From an uncultured Candidatus Marinamargulisbacteria bacterium (GTDB lineage: Bacteria > Margulisbacteria > Riflemargulisbacteria > GWF2-35-9 > DYQY01): a stretch of DNA of 64,000 nucleotides. The translations under genes were made by a program, and so were the position numbers. This document shows positions 19,589 through 29,444 of the stretch, in pieces (the first letter of the stretch is position 1; every line of letters starts with the position of its first letter). Location of the stretch: NCBI GenBank assembly GCA_964643725.1, contig CAZXTL010000003.1:34555-98554 (forward strand). The letters run 5' to 3'. The notes beneath the pieces are model-generated. The model worked only from the letters and a program-made list of their open reading frames with translations, was not told where the DNA came from and ran no database searches.

Positions 19589-20143
19589 CTAGAGCGCGTA
19601 AGCCTTTAGTTCTTTTTGTAATGCCTTGGCATCTGTGCCACAGAGTATACTTAAACTATACCAAAAATCCTTTTGATGACCAGGGTATTTCAGATGGTTA
19701 AGCTCATGAAGAATAACATAGTCAATAAGATGTTCAGGAAGAATTGCTAACCTTATTGATAAGTTTATATTCTTTTTAGATGAGCAACTGCCCCAACGAG
19801 TTGATGTATCTCTTAAAAACACACGGTTGTAGTTAAAATCGAATTTTTCAGCTAAAAACTCCAACCTATCAGGCAGTATTTCTTTGGCTTTTTTTCTTAG
19901 AGTTTTTTTATCTATTGGTTCAATATCAGACCTTTTATCATTTAATAATTTGATATTTGATTTAATCCACTCAAAATTATCTTTAACTGTTTTCTCAGCA
20001 GCTTTAAATCCAAAGAACGGAGGAAACGTAACTAATACGTGTTCTGGTTTAATAGAAATTCTTATTTTTCTATTTTTTTTACTTTTTCTATAAACGATTT
20101 CCCCAATACCATCTACGGTTTGGATTTTTTCTTTTTCAAACAT
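19589..20143 (-). CDS. YgjP-like (DUF45) zinc metalloprotein
   Basis: RWGSCS, DYVILHELNHL..PGHQKDFW. Confidence 0.88.
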   Translation of the reverse strand: MFEKEKIQTVDGIGEIVYRKSKKNRKIRISIKPEHVLVTFPPFFGFKAAEKTVKDNFEWIKSNIKLLNDKRSDIEPIDKKTLRKKAKEILPDRLEFLAEKFDFNYNRVFLRDTSTRWGSCSSKKNINLSIRLAILPEHLIDYVILHELNHLKYPGHQKDFWYSLSILCGTDAKALQKELKAYAL

Positions 20144-20203
20144 GACTTGTATTATACCTGTAAACTCTTTCTTTTAGAAAATAATAAAATGTACAGTGAA
20201 TAA

Positions 20204-20275
20204 ACCCTCTCTTTTAGGAGAGGGTAGCGATATTATAGTATTTAAGAAGTTTTTTGTTTGTTACGCTGGGTGAGG
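20204..20275. repeat. CCCTCTC/GGAGAGGG-GGGTGAGG REP-like element
   Basis: accctctc-tttta-g-gagagggt hairpin plus gggtgagg; related to 52810-52879 in opposite orientation. Confidence 0.55.
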
Positions 20276-22729
20276 CTAAATAAACAAGTTAGTGTCAGCA
20301 CTTTCAGCAGCACCAAGATAGGTAGCAACTCCACCAATTTCAACACCATCTATAAGTTCCTCTGGTTTAAAACCCATAAGATCCATAGACATTTGACAAG
20401 CAATTATTTTAACTCCATTATCTAGTGCATCTTTTATCATACCCTCTAGTGCAGTGACATTTTTTTGTTTCATGAGCATTTTAATCATAAGTGCACCCAT
20501 GCCTGCCATATTCATTTTAGAAAGTCCAAGTTTCTTACTTCCTTTAGGCATCATAAATCCAAACATTTTACCCATAAAATCTTTTTTAACTTTAACGTAT
20601 TCTTCTTTTCTCAAGATATTCAGTCCCCAGAAAGTAAAGAACATAGTTACTTTTCTGCCCATAGAGGCTCCACCATTTGCAATAATAAAGGCTGCAATTG
20701 CTTTATCTAAGTCACCACTAAAAACTACTAAGGTTTTGTCATGAGGGATGTCACCTTTAAGTGTTTGTGCTTCTGGTTGTTTGCCTTTTTTAACTTGGGC
20801 AGTTATTTTCCCTGCATGTGATTCTAATGATAAGAGTTGGTTATTAGTTTTTTCTGCCCAAACACCTACATCTCTTTGGAAACCTTGATCAGTTGATTCT
20901 ATTAAGATAGTGTCTCCAATATCAGCAAGTTCAATACTTTTAGATAATTTTAAGATAGGTCCTGGGCACTGCATACCACAAGCATCAACTTTAATAATCT
21001 TTCCAATTGGTGTTATTATTTTCTGAACATCATCTTTTTTATCGATATAATCATCATCAAAGATACCGATATTTTCTTGTTTAAAAGTAGTAAATTTAAA
21101 AAGTTTAATGCCACCTGATAAATTCTTTATTTTTGTAAAACCATGTTGGTTGAGAATTGTCATAGCAAAATATCCAGTTTTACCTTGATTACAGTAAACA
21201 ACAATTTCTTTATCTTTAGGAAGTTCGTGTAGTTTTTCTCTAAGGCTAGTTAATGGGATATTTATTGCATTATCAAGGTGGTCAAGCTCATAGGACATTT
21301 TATCTCTAATATCTAAGAATAGTGCGCCATTTTGTTTGTATTTGTTTACTTCATCCCAAAAAATAACATTATTCTTACCTTCAACTTGATTAATCGCTAT
21401 CATCGCTGCAACATTAACAGGGTCTTTTGCAGAGTTAAATGGTGGCGCATAGGATAGTTCTAATCTTGATAAATCATAGATTGTTCCTTTGCTATGGAGA
21501 AGAGTTGCTATTACATCTATTCTTTTATCAATACCGTCAGCACCAATAAGCTGTGCGCCTAGAACTCGAAAGTCTTTTGTGCTATAGATTAGCTTCATCA
21601 TCAAAGGAAATGCATCTGGATAATATCCAGCATGAGAGGATGGCTGTAAGTATACTTTTGAGTATTCGATTTTGTTTCTAATTAAGTTTTTCTCATTACT
21701 ACCAACGGTTCCTACTACCATGTCGAAGACTTTGGCAATAGCAGCTCCTGAAGTGCAATGGTATTCTCTTTCAATGCCACTAATATTGTCAGCAACGATT
21801 CTTCCTTGTTTATTCGCTGAATTAGCAAGTGGAATAAGGTTCATTTTTTCCAGTACGCAATCTTTTATTTCTGTTGCATCGCCTAGTGCATAAATATTAC
21901 TATCAGATGTTTGCATTCTAGAGTTAGTTTCAATTCCACCTAAGCTGCCTAATGTTAGTTCAGCATTTTTAGCTAAATGCACGTCAGGCTTTATTCCTAT
22001 GGAAAGCATAACAATATCTGCTTTGATGATTCTGTTTGAGTTTAGTACTACTTCTAACTCATTCTTTTCGTTTTCCTTAAACTCTTTAACTCCGTCCTTT
22101 AAATATAGTCCAATCTTTTTAGTATGCAAGTGCTGATGAATAATTGTAGCCATTTCATAATCGATTACATTCATTACTTGATCAGCAAGTTCAACGATAG
22201 AGACCTTAATTCCTAATTCGTTAAGGTTTTCTGCTACTTCCAAACCAATGAATCCTGCGCCAATAATAACTGCTTTTTTTGGGTTATGTTCATTAATAAA
22301 AGATTTTATTTTATCCATATCTGAAAGTGTTCTTATGGTGAATATTTTTTCGTTACCTATTCCTGGCAATGGAGGTTTTATTGGGTTTCCGCCAGGAGAA
22401 AGGACAAGTTTGTCATAATTTTCTTGGTATTCTTTATTGTTAAGGTGGTCTTTTACAGTAATTGTTTTATTGGTTTTATCTATTGAAATAACTTCTGAGT
22501 AATTCCTTACCTCAACATTTAACATTTCATTAAAGTCTTTAGGTGTTAAAAGTTCTAGAAGCGATCTGTCTTTTATAACATCTCCGATAAAGTAGGGTAT
22601 TCCACAATTGGCATATGACACTTCTTTGCCCTTTTCGAAAATGATTATTTCTGCTTTTTCATCATTTCTTCTGAGCCTAGCTGCTGTGCTTGCTCCCCCT
22701 GCAACGCCTCCAACTATTAGAACTTTCAT
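20276..22729 (-). CDS. CoA-disulfide reductase - rhodanese - TusA - DsrE multidomain protein
   Basis: GGVAGG, SYANCG, YAPPF, rhodanese VYCNQG, TusA CGMQCPGP, DsrE MFFTFWG and ACQMS. Confidence 0.92.
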   Translation of the reverse strand: MKVLIVGGVAGGASTAARLRRNDEKAEIIIFEKGKEVSYANCGIPYFIGDVIKDRSLLELLTPKDFNEMLNVEVRNYSEVISIDKTNKTITVKDHLNNKEYQENYDKLVLSPGGNPIKPPLPGIGNEKIFTIRTLSDMDKIKSFINEHNPKKAVIIGAGFIGLEVAENLNELGIKVSIVELADQVMNVIDYEMATIIHQHLHTKKIGLYLKDGVKEFKENEKNELEVVLNSNRIIKADIVMLSIGIKPDVHLAKNAELTLGSLGGIETNSRMQTSDSNIYALGDATEIKDCVLEKMNLIPLANSANKQGRIVADNISGIEREYHCTSGAAIAKVFDMVVGTVGSNEKNLIRNKIEYSKVYLQPSSHAGYYPDAFPLMMKLIYSTKDFRVLGAQLIGADGIDKRIDVIATLLHSKGTIYDLSRLELSYAPPFNSAKDPVNVAAMIAINQVEGKNNVIFWDEVNKYKQNGALFLDIRDKMSYELDHLDNAINIPLTSLREKLHELPKDKEIVVYCNQGKTGYFAMTILNQHGFTKIKNLSGGIKLFKFTTFKQENIGIFDDDYIDKKDDVQKIITPIGKIIKVDACGMQCPGPILKLSKSIELADIGDTILIESTDQGFQRDVGVWAEKTNNQLLSLESHAGKITAQVKKGKQPEAQTLKGDIPHDKTLVVFSGDLDKAIAAFIIANGGASMGRKVTMFFTFWGLNILRKEEYVKVKKDFMGKMFGFMMPKGSKKLGLSKMNMAGMGALMIKMLMKQKNVTALEGMIKDALDNGVKIIACQMSMDLMGFKPEELIDGVEIGGVATYLGAAESADTNLFI

Positions 22730-22797
22730 ATTGTCCCCCTTTTAAGAATTTATGCTAATTTTAATAAAACATACATGTTATAATTAACATAAAGTAT

Positions 22798-22814
22798 ATA
22801 CCCCTAGGGGGTAT
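22798..22814. promoter_or_regulatory. CsoR/CstR-type operator
   Basis: ATACCCCTAGGGGGTAT: C/G tracts flanked by ATA/TAT between divergent CDR fusion and repressor. Confidence 0.75.
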
Positions 22815-22831
22815 TGATACAAGGAGTAAAC

Positions 22832-23080
22832 ATGCCACGTAAGGAAGATGTTTTACATCAATTACGTATAGTAAAAGGTCAGCTTGAGGGAATCCTTTCC
22901 ATGGTGGAGGGAGAAGATCATAAGTGCACAGAAGTTTTAACGCAAATTGCAGCTTCTGAGAAGGGCCTAAGAAGAGCAGCTGGGCTTATTTTAGAAGGTA
23001 ATCTAATGGATTGCATAGATCCTTCTGTTGACCAGACGACAATAAGTAATTTGGTTTCTGAATTCAAGAAATTTTTATAA
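22832..23080 (+). CDS. CsoR/RcnR-family repressor, CstR-like
   Basis: RIVKGQLEGILSMV, C in HKCTEV and NLMDC (Asn in place of CsoR His); AAGGAG before ATG 22832. Confidence 0.8.
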   Translation: MPRKEDVLHQLRIVKGQLEGILSMVEGEDHKCTEVLTQIAASEKGLRRAAGLILEGNLMDCIDPSVDQTTISNLVSEFKKFL

Positions 23081-23092
23081 TGGGAGAAAATA

Positions 23093-23278
23093 ATGATTAA
23101 GATTAATAAAAATAGTTGTCCTGAAAATCACCCATGTCCTTCAGTAAGAGTATGTCCGGAGGGAGCTCTCAGTCAGCAAGGGTTTAAAGCTCCTGTTGTT
23201 GATGAAGACAAATGCACGCAGTGTAATCGTTGTGTGCGTTATTGTCCAACAGGAGCAATATTCCAAGCTAAGGACTAG
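23093..23278 (+). CDS. Small 4Fe-4S ferredoxin
   Basis: CPENHPC..VCP and CTQCNRCVRYCP. Confidence 0.88.
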   Translation: MIKINKNSCPENHPCPSVRVCPEGALSQQGFKAPVVDEDKCTQCNRCVRYCPTGAIFQAKD

Positions 23279-24852
23279 AGCCCTTTAAAGCATTTATCCA
23301 AATGTTTTTTTTCAGGTTGCTTAGTTAGTAAACTTACAACAATCATTACAATTATAGATATTGGCAAGGCTATTACTATAGGATCAACCACTGGCCAAGG
23401 CATGGTTGATATTAAGAAGTCTTTTCCAAATAGTAACTTACTAACACCCAATGGAACAGCCTCTGATTTATGTAAAAATAGTAGGCAGAATAAACTAACA
23501 ATTAAGCCAACCCAGATACTAGCTATAGCACCTTCTTTAGTAGCTCTTTTCCAGTATAATCCAGCAAAGTAGACAGGCAGGAATGAAGCAGCACAAATAC
23601 CAAAAAATATTGCTGTTCCCCTAGCAATTATTCCAGTAGGTAAGATGTACCCTAAAATAAGACTGATTACGATAGCAAAAATTATCCCTAGTTTTGTAAT
23701 TAGTACGGGGTTTGCTTTTGTATATATTTTGACAAAGAAGTCTCTTCCAATGGATGTTCCCATAGCATGGAACTGAGAACTTAATGTAGACATAGCAGCA
23801 GAAAGTAATGCCATCATAAAAATATAAACAAACCAAGAAGGCAGAGCAGAATTAATAAACATCGGAATTATTAAGTCTGGATTTCCTTTAGCAGCAGCAA
23901 TAGCAATTATTCCTTCTTTTTGGAAGAAAAAAACATTAGATAGAGCTCCAACTATAAAGGCAATACCTGTCATTGCTATAATAAAAATCCCACCAACTAG
24001 AACAGCCCTATTAAGTTCTCTATTACTTTTAACAGTCATGAATCTTACAATTAATTGTGGTTGAGCAAGAACTCCAATTCCAACACCTAGAACAATTGAT
24101 GTCATCATTGTCCACCACCATGCAGAGTTAAAGGTAGGCATTGCTGTCCAGCCCACGTGACCCATGGCCGCTAATTTTTCTGGCACTAACGCCGCCATAT
24201 TTGTAAGAGCTTGGTGAGCTGCAGTTACCCCACCTAGCTGAGCATAGGTCATAACAAGCAGGATTATCATACCAACGAACATAATTACACCTTGTAGGGC
24301 ATCTGTGTACATAACACCTTTAATACCACCAGCAACGACATAACAGGCAATTATTAGCGTAAAGACAAGTAAAGATATTTCAAAATTAACAGCAAGTGTT
24401 TCTTCAATGAATCTTGCTCCGCCTATTAGAACTACTGCAGTGTAAAGAGGCATTCCAAGAAAAATAATAAGACCACCAAGCTTTTGAATTAAATCTGAAG
24501 CAAATCTTTTACCTAATAATTCTGGGAAAGTATGAGCATCTAAATTGTGTCCCATTTTTCTGGTTTTTTTACCAAAGAAAACAAATGCTATAAATATTCC
24601 TACAAAAATATTTAGGAAGGTTAACCAAAGCAACCCCATTCCGAATAGTCCAGCCACTCCACCAAAGCCAACTATAGCAGATGTGCTTATGAAGGTAGCT
24701 CCATAAGAAAGTGCCATAATATATGGATTAATAGATCTTCCTGCAACCAAATAATCTTTTTCGTTCTTAGTTTTCTTAAATCCTAAGAAACCTAAGTAAC
24801 CTAGTAACAGTAAATATATAATAATAATTGAACTTAATATTGGTATATTCAT
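23275..24852 (-). CDS. Sodium:solute symporter family protein
   Basis: DYLVAGR, SYGATFISTSAIVG, YTDALQG, AQPQLIVRF, SAAMSTLSS. Confidence 0.92.
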   Translation of the reverse strand: MNIPILSSIIIIYLLLLGYLGFLGFKKTKNEKDYLVAGRSINPYIMALSYGATFISTSAIVGFGGVAGLFGMGLLWLTFLNIFVGIFIAFVFFGKKTRKMGHNLDAHTFPELLGKRFASDLIQKLGGLIIFLGMPLYTAVVLIGGARFIEETLAVNFEISLLVFTLIIACYVVAGGIKGVMYTDALQGVIMFVGMIILLVMTYAQLGGVTAAHQALTNMAALVPEKLAAMGHVGWTAMPTFNSAWWWTMMTSIVLGVGIGVLAQPQLIVRFMTVKSNRELNRAVLVGGIFIIAMTGIAFIVGALSNVFFFQKEGIIAIAAAKGNPDLIIPMFINSALPSWFVYIFMMALLSAAMSTLSSQFHAMGTSIGRDFFVKIYTKANPVLITKLGIIFAIVISLILGYILPTGIIARGTAIFFGICAASFLPVYFAGLYWKRATKEGAIASIWVGLIVSLFCLLFLHKSEAVPLGVSKLLFGKDFLISTMPWPVVDPIVIALPISIIVMIVVSLLTKQPEKKHLDKCFKGL

Positions 24853-24867
24853 TTTTTTGTTTTCTCC

Positions 24868-25047
24868 TTACAAAGATTTATTAATTTCTTGTTCTTTTTT
24901 TGTCCAAGTTTGTTCTTCTGCAATCTCCTCTTCTTCTTTTTCTGCACCTTTATTCCAGTTCACAATTCCATAGATGACGCAGAGCAGGGCACTTCCTACC
25001 GATAAAATGTAAGCAAGATAAATTAACGGGTCTTTTATTCCTAACAT
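24868..25047 (-). CDS. Symporter small accessory membrane protein, 59 aa (absent from ORF track)
   Basis: MLGIKDPLIYLAYILSVGSALLCVIYGIVNWNKG...; AGGAGG SD; directly upstream of the symporter. Confidence 0.85.
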   Translation of the reverse strand: MLGIKDPLIYLAYILSVGSALLCVIYGIVNWNKGAEKEEEEIAEEQTWTKKEQEINKSL

Positions 25048-25071
25048 ATATAACCTCCTAACTATATTTAA

Positions 25072-26796
25072 TTAGAGTATATCAAACTTTTTATTTTTTT
25101 GCTCTTTTATGGAAAATTCTCTTTGTCTTAGGATTTCTTTGTTTGGCCAAATTTGAAATGGATCCTTATAAACTATACCTCTAGTTGTTTGAAATAAGTC
25201 TATATCGCTTTCTGGTAAGGGGTTGCATATGTTTGATTGAAGCGGGGAGGCAATAGTGCTACCTCGTTCTCTTTGCACAGGAGGGGTTTCTCCTACATGA
25301 AAACCGGCTAAGAAAAGAGCGTGTCTTACAGGTATGGCAGAGGAATAGGTAAGAAGAACGCCATCATTTTTGATAACTTCTTTTATAGCTAAAAAAAAGT
25401 CGATTGTCCAAAGCTCACTGTTATGTTGAGAAGAAAACGCATCTAGATAAATAACATCAAAGTGTTTTTTAGGAAGTTTCGTTATAAGGTGCCTAGCATC
25501 CCCCCATAACACCGATAAATTCACATTATTTTTAGAATATTTTCCATTTGTAGCGATTTGTTTGAGGCAATGATTCCAGTTAAAAGTTTTCCCGTAATTT
25601 AAATGTTTTTCAGCTGTTTTAGCTACTCTTTTATCTATTTCTAGGGCAGTAATGTCTAAGGTTTTGTTGTTAAGTAAGGCATATTCCATACTTACAAAAC
25701 TGTTATAACCAAGGCCAAAACAGATGTCTAAGAGCTGAATGTTTTCTTTGTTGTCGATATTGGCTTGTTTGAGAAATTTTTCTTTAGCTTCCAAAATAGC
25801 ACCAGCTTTATCATGATAATGTTCCTTGAAATCTTCACTCCAAAAGGTTATGGAGCCGTCTAGTGTGTTTTTTTGCTCAAAAGATTCAGTACTAATGGGT
25901 TTGTTATATTTGTCGCCTTGATATGCATCTTCGAAGGCCATTTTTTTGATGATGTATTCTCGAAAATGGCTCTTATTCATTTTCCAATTAGGAGCGATTA
26001 CTGTGCCTTTTAGTGATTCAGTGGTCATTCTAATTATAGAGATATCTTTTCTTAAATATCTTAAGAACTCAACAAGCAAATCAATATATTCATATTCTTG
26101 AAGGGTAGGGAAAGGATTTTTTATGAATTCTTCACCCATAGCGGTGTCTTTTAAGACATGTAAATTATGAATTTTAATAGCTTTGATTGGCAACTTAGAT
26201 AGCTTTTTTGCTGTATTTATTATGTCCTCTGTTGTTTCTCCAGGTAGGCCAATAATAACGTGAACAGCAACATTTATGCCTATTTTGTTAAGTTTTTTTA
26301 TTGCAACTTTGCTACAGTTAAAGTCATGGCCTCTATTTATGGTTTTTAATGTTTTGTCATGAATTGTTTGTACACCAAGTTCTACCCAAACATTAGTTTT
26401 TTCTTTCAGCTGTTTTAAATAGGAATAGGCGGATTTGTTGAGGCAATCAGGTCTTGTGCCAAAACTAATTGCTTTACAATTTTCTTTAAGTAATTTTTCA
26501 TAGATAGTTATATTCTCTTGATTAAAATTAGCACTAAAAGCTTGAACATAGAGCATAAATTGTTTTGCTCCGTAACGTTTCTTGGCGAATTTAATGGAAT
26601 CAGCAACTTGAGACTCTATTGATTCTGAATTCATGGTTTGCATAGAGCGAGCACCGTGTTCAGAACAGAAGCTACAACCACCTTTACCAGTTTCATCTCT
26701 GTTCGGACAGCTTGTGTCAAGATCAAGTGGTATACGGTAAAGAGCTTCACCATAAGTTTCAACTAAGTAATCTTTAAAAAAGTTAATACGTTTCAT
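25072..26796 (-). CDS. TIGR01212-type (YhcC/YtqA) radical SAM fused to MnmC2/MnmD-type SAM methyltransferase
   Basis: CPNRD..GGCSFC, GTRPDC, ELGVQT; C-half TLDGSITF..EHYH..GA, LDICFGLGYN, YLDAFS..NSELWT, LLTYS. Confidence 0.85.
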   Translation of the reverse strand: MKRINFFKDYLVETYGEALYRIPLDLDTSCPNRDETGKGGCSFCSEHGARSMQTMNSESIESQVADSIKFAKKRYGAKQFMLYVQAFSANFNQENITIYEKLLKENCKAISFGTRPDCLNKSAYSYLKQLKEKTNVWVELGVQTIHDKTLKTINRGHDFNCSKVAIKKLNKIGINVAVHVIIGLPGETTEDIINTAKKLSKLPIKAIKIHNLHVLKDTAMGEEFIKNPFPTLQEYEYIDLLVEFLRYLRKDISIIRMTTESLKGTVIAPNWKMNKSHFREYIIKKMAFEDAYQGDKYNKPISTESFEQKNTLDGSITFWSEDFKEHYHDKAGAILEAKEKFLKQANIDNKENIQLLDICFGLGYNSFVSMEYALLNNKTLDITALEIDKRVAKTAEKHLNYGKTFNWNHCLKQIATNGKYSKNNVNLSVLWGDARHLITKLPKKHFDVIYLDAFSSQHNSELWTIDFFLAIKEVIKNDGVLLTYSSAIPVRHALFLAGFHVGETPPVQRERGSTIASPLQSNICNPLPESDIDLFQTTRGIVYKDPFQIWPNKEILRQREFSIKEQKNKKFDIL

Positions 26797-26898
26797 GTTT
26801 AAGAATTAGCGTAACAGAAGATGGTTGTTTTTCAAGTTGTAATAATAAATATTAATATTCAATGTTTAATTATGTTATAAAATGGGGAAAATATACGT

Positions 26899-27831
26899 AT
26901 GTATTATAAAATTATCAATATTTCTAAAGGTCCTATAGCTGTTCTTCTTGATTCTGGTGTAGGACTAACTTCAGCATATAAGAAATTATTAGAAAATTAT
27001 GTTGAAAGTATAGCCTATTCATCTCATGCAGAATATCCATTTGGTAATAAAAAGCCTGAATTTTTAAGGACTTTATTTAGTAAACAATTAGCTTTAATTA
27101 TGAATAGATACCCATCAATTAATAGAGTTGGTATAGCTTGTAATTCACTTTCTTTTGCGATTATGTCAGATATTGAATCTTTAGAAGAATCACATAATGT
27201 CAAAATATTTAGTATAAGAGGAATGGGAGCAAAAAGAGCGCTCTATACAACAATAAATAACTATATAGGAATTATTGGATCGGAAATGGCTATTTTTAGT
27301 GATCAACATAGACTTTCAATTGAGAGAGAAAATATAAGTGTTAATGATAGCTTTGGAGATGAAAGATTTAAGGATATACAGTATAAAAGACTAATAGGTA
27401 CAGACCTAATTGATGCTATCGAGAGAGGAGATATAGAAGATATTAAAACTGAAGCTAAAGCACTTTTTCTTAAGTTATATAAACCCTATAAAAACGATAA
27501 GTCTAATTCATATCCAGATGTGTTGGTTTGGGGTTGTACTCATTTTGAGGCCTTTGATAAAGTATTAAGAGAGACATTAGCGGAAGTGCTTATTGATGAA
27601 AAGATTACAATCAACCCGCTTGAAATAGTATTTATTATGCCAGGAAACGAATTAGCTTATGAGATAATTAATTCAAATAATTTAGTGGGATTACCTAATA
27701 ATCATTCTATGCAAAATCAAATCAGTCCAATGCATTTTACCAATGACCCTAAAAAAGCAAATGGCGATATTCCTTTAGCATATAGATATTTAGGCATGTC
27801 AGTATTGTTGCAATATTGGGGAGAAGAATAA
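26899..27831 (+). CDS. Divergent glutamate racemase-like protein
   Basis: LDSGVG, YPFGNK, IACNS and WGCTHF retain both catalytic Cys; several insertions. Confidence 0.65.
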   Translation: MYYKIINISKGPIAVLLDSGVGLTSAYKKLLENYVESIAYSSHAEYPFGNKKPEFLRTLFSKQLALIMNRYPSINRVGIACNSLSFAIMSDIESLEESHNVKIFSIRGMGAKRALYTTINNYIGIIGSEMAIFSDQHRLSIERENISVNDSFGDERFKDIQYKRLIGTDLIDAIERGDIEDIKTEAKALFLKLYKPYKNDKSNSYPDVLVWGCTHFEAFDKVLRETLAEVLIDEKITINPLEIVFIMPGNELAYEIINSNNLVGLPNNHSMQNQISPMHFTNDPKKANGDIPLAYRYLGMSVLLQYWGEE

Positions 27832-27846
27832 ATACCTTTATATTTG

Positions 27847-28614
27847 CTAGTGTTTCAGCTTGTATCCAATATGGAAAAGCCAAATACTTAGAAAGAAAAA
27901 GAAAACAGCAGATACAAAAGATAAAATAACACTTAACAATAGACTTCCTTCAGAGTATCCAATCATTGACCAACGAAAACCATCAACCATATAAAAGAAT
28001 GGGTTTAGTTTGGTGAATAGAAGCAACTGTTCTGGCAACATTTTAACTGAATAGAATACACCGCCTAAAAAAGTTAAAGGTGTTATCAGATAAGTAGTAA
28101 AGAAGGAAAGATGTTCGAATTGTTCTGACATCAGGGCAACTATGATTCCAAAGCTAGAGAAGGTAACACTAATGGTTACAGAAAAGAAGATAAACATTAG
28201 AAAGTTATGAATATTTAAGGGAGAAAAGAATAAACTTACTAAGCAGATTAGTCCACTAACTATTGCGCTTACAACAAAAGCACCAACTGTACTAGCAAGG
28301 ATCTTTTCGAAGTTGCTAATTGGAGTTATCATGTCGTTTTCTATCATTTTGGTATAACGGGAATAAAAAATAGAGAAAGATGTATGCGAATAAGCAACAG
28401 TTATTAAGTTCATTATGACTATCCCGGGAACTAAGAAGGTTATATATGAAATATCGCCTATTACTGAGATGTTTTTTCCTAATGTCGATCCAAAAATAAG
28501 CAAGTAGAGGAAACTAGATAACACAGGGGATAAGATAGTTTGATTAATAATTCTGGTAAAACGTATTAACTCTCTTCTCATGAGAGCCTTGAAGCTAATC
28601 GGACTTACTATCAT
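27847..28614 (-). CDS. ABC-2 type transporter permease (YadH-like)
   Basis: RELIRF, FLVPG, TPLTFLGGVFYS, NPFFYMVDGFR. Confidence 0.9.
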   Translation of the reverse strand: MIVSPISFKALMRRELIRFTRIINQTILSPVLSSFLYLLIFGSTLGKNISVIGDISYITFLVPGIVIMNLITVAYSHTSFSIFYSRYTKMIENDMITPISNFEKILASTVGAFVVSAIVSGLICLVSLFFSPLNIHNFLMFIFFSVTISVTFSSFGIIVALMSEQFEHLSFFTTYLITPLTFLGGVFYSVKMLPEQLLLFTKLNPFFYMVDGFRWSMIGYSEGSLLLSVILSFVSAVFFFFLSIWLFHIGYKLKH

Positions 28615-29344
28615 TTGTATGCTCCTTATATAGCTTTTCTAAGTTACTTGTTTTTCTAACATCAGTTTTTATATTTTCTCCAATATGTTTTATTTGCCCG
28701 TCATTAATTATTGCGATTGTGTCACATAAATGTTCAGCTTCTTCTAAATAATGGGTGGTAAGTAAAATAGTTGTTCCAGCTTTATTTAATTCTTCAAGTA
28801 GGTTCCACAGTTCATGCCTTAATTCAACGTCTAAGCCAGATGTTGGTTCATCAAGAATTAATATTTTTGGCTCGTGAACAAGAGCTTTGGCAACCGCTAC
28901 TCGTCGTTTCATTCCGCCAGATATTCTGTCTGTATAGGCATTAGCTTTTTCAGTTAGCCCTAGTTGAGCTAATAATTTAGGAATCTTAGCTTTTAAATAT
29001 TTAGAATCTTTTCCAAAATAACCACCGGATAATCTTAATTCTTCTTTTACAAACAAGAATGAATCAAGTTTATATTCCTGAGGGGAGAGGCCTATCATGC
29101 TTCTGGTGAATTGAAAATCCTTATTAACGTCTTTTCCGAAAACAAGAATTTCTCCAGAATTAGCATCGCATAATCCTGTAATAAGATTGATAAGCGTGGA
29201 TTTCCCTGCACCATTAGGACCAAGTAGACCGAAGAATGAACCTTCTTTTATTTCTAAATCAACGCCTTTTACAGCTTCTACATCAGTAGATTTCTTAACT
29301 TTATAGGTTTTGAAGACTTTTTTTATTGATATCGCACTGTTCAT
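28595..29344 (-). CDS. ABC transporter ATP-binding protein (YadG-like)
   Basis: GPNGAGKST, SGGMKRR, ILDEPT, TTHYLEEA. Confidence 0.92.
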   Translation of the reverse strand: MNSAISIKKVFKTYKVKKSTDVEAVKGVDLEIKEGSFFGLLGPNGAGKSTLINLITGLCDANSGEILVFGKDVNKDFQFTRSMIGLSPQEYKLDSFLFVKEELRLSGGYFGKDSKYLKAKIPKLLAQLGLTEKANAYTDRISGGMKRRVAVAKALVHEPKILILDEPTSGLDVELRHELWNLLEELNKAGTTILLTTHYLEEAEHLCDTIAIINDGQIKHIGENIKTDVRKTSNLEKLYKEHTNDSKSD

Positions 29345-29420
29345 AGTAATGATATTTTAGTACAGAACTTAGATTTACAACATCTAGAAATAATAGCAAA
29401 AATTAGTTCTTGATTTTGTG

Positions 29421-29432
29421 TACCGTTCGGTA
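29421..29432. promoter_or_regulatory. Probable TetR operator overlapping its own promoter
   Basis: TACCG-TT-CGGTA palindrome within TTGATT-N17-TAGTAT; related palindrome TACTTAC-TG-GTAGGTA at 30033-30048. Confidence 0.6.
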
Positions 29433-29444
29433 TAGTATATTGAT

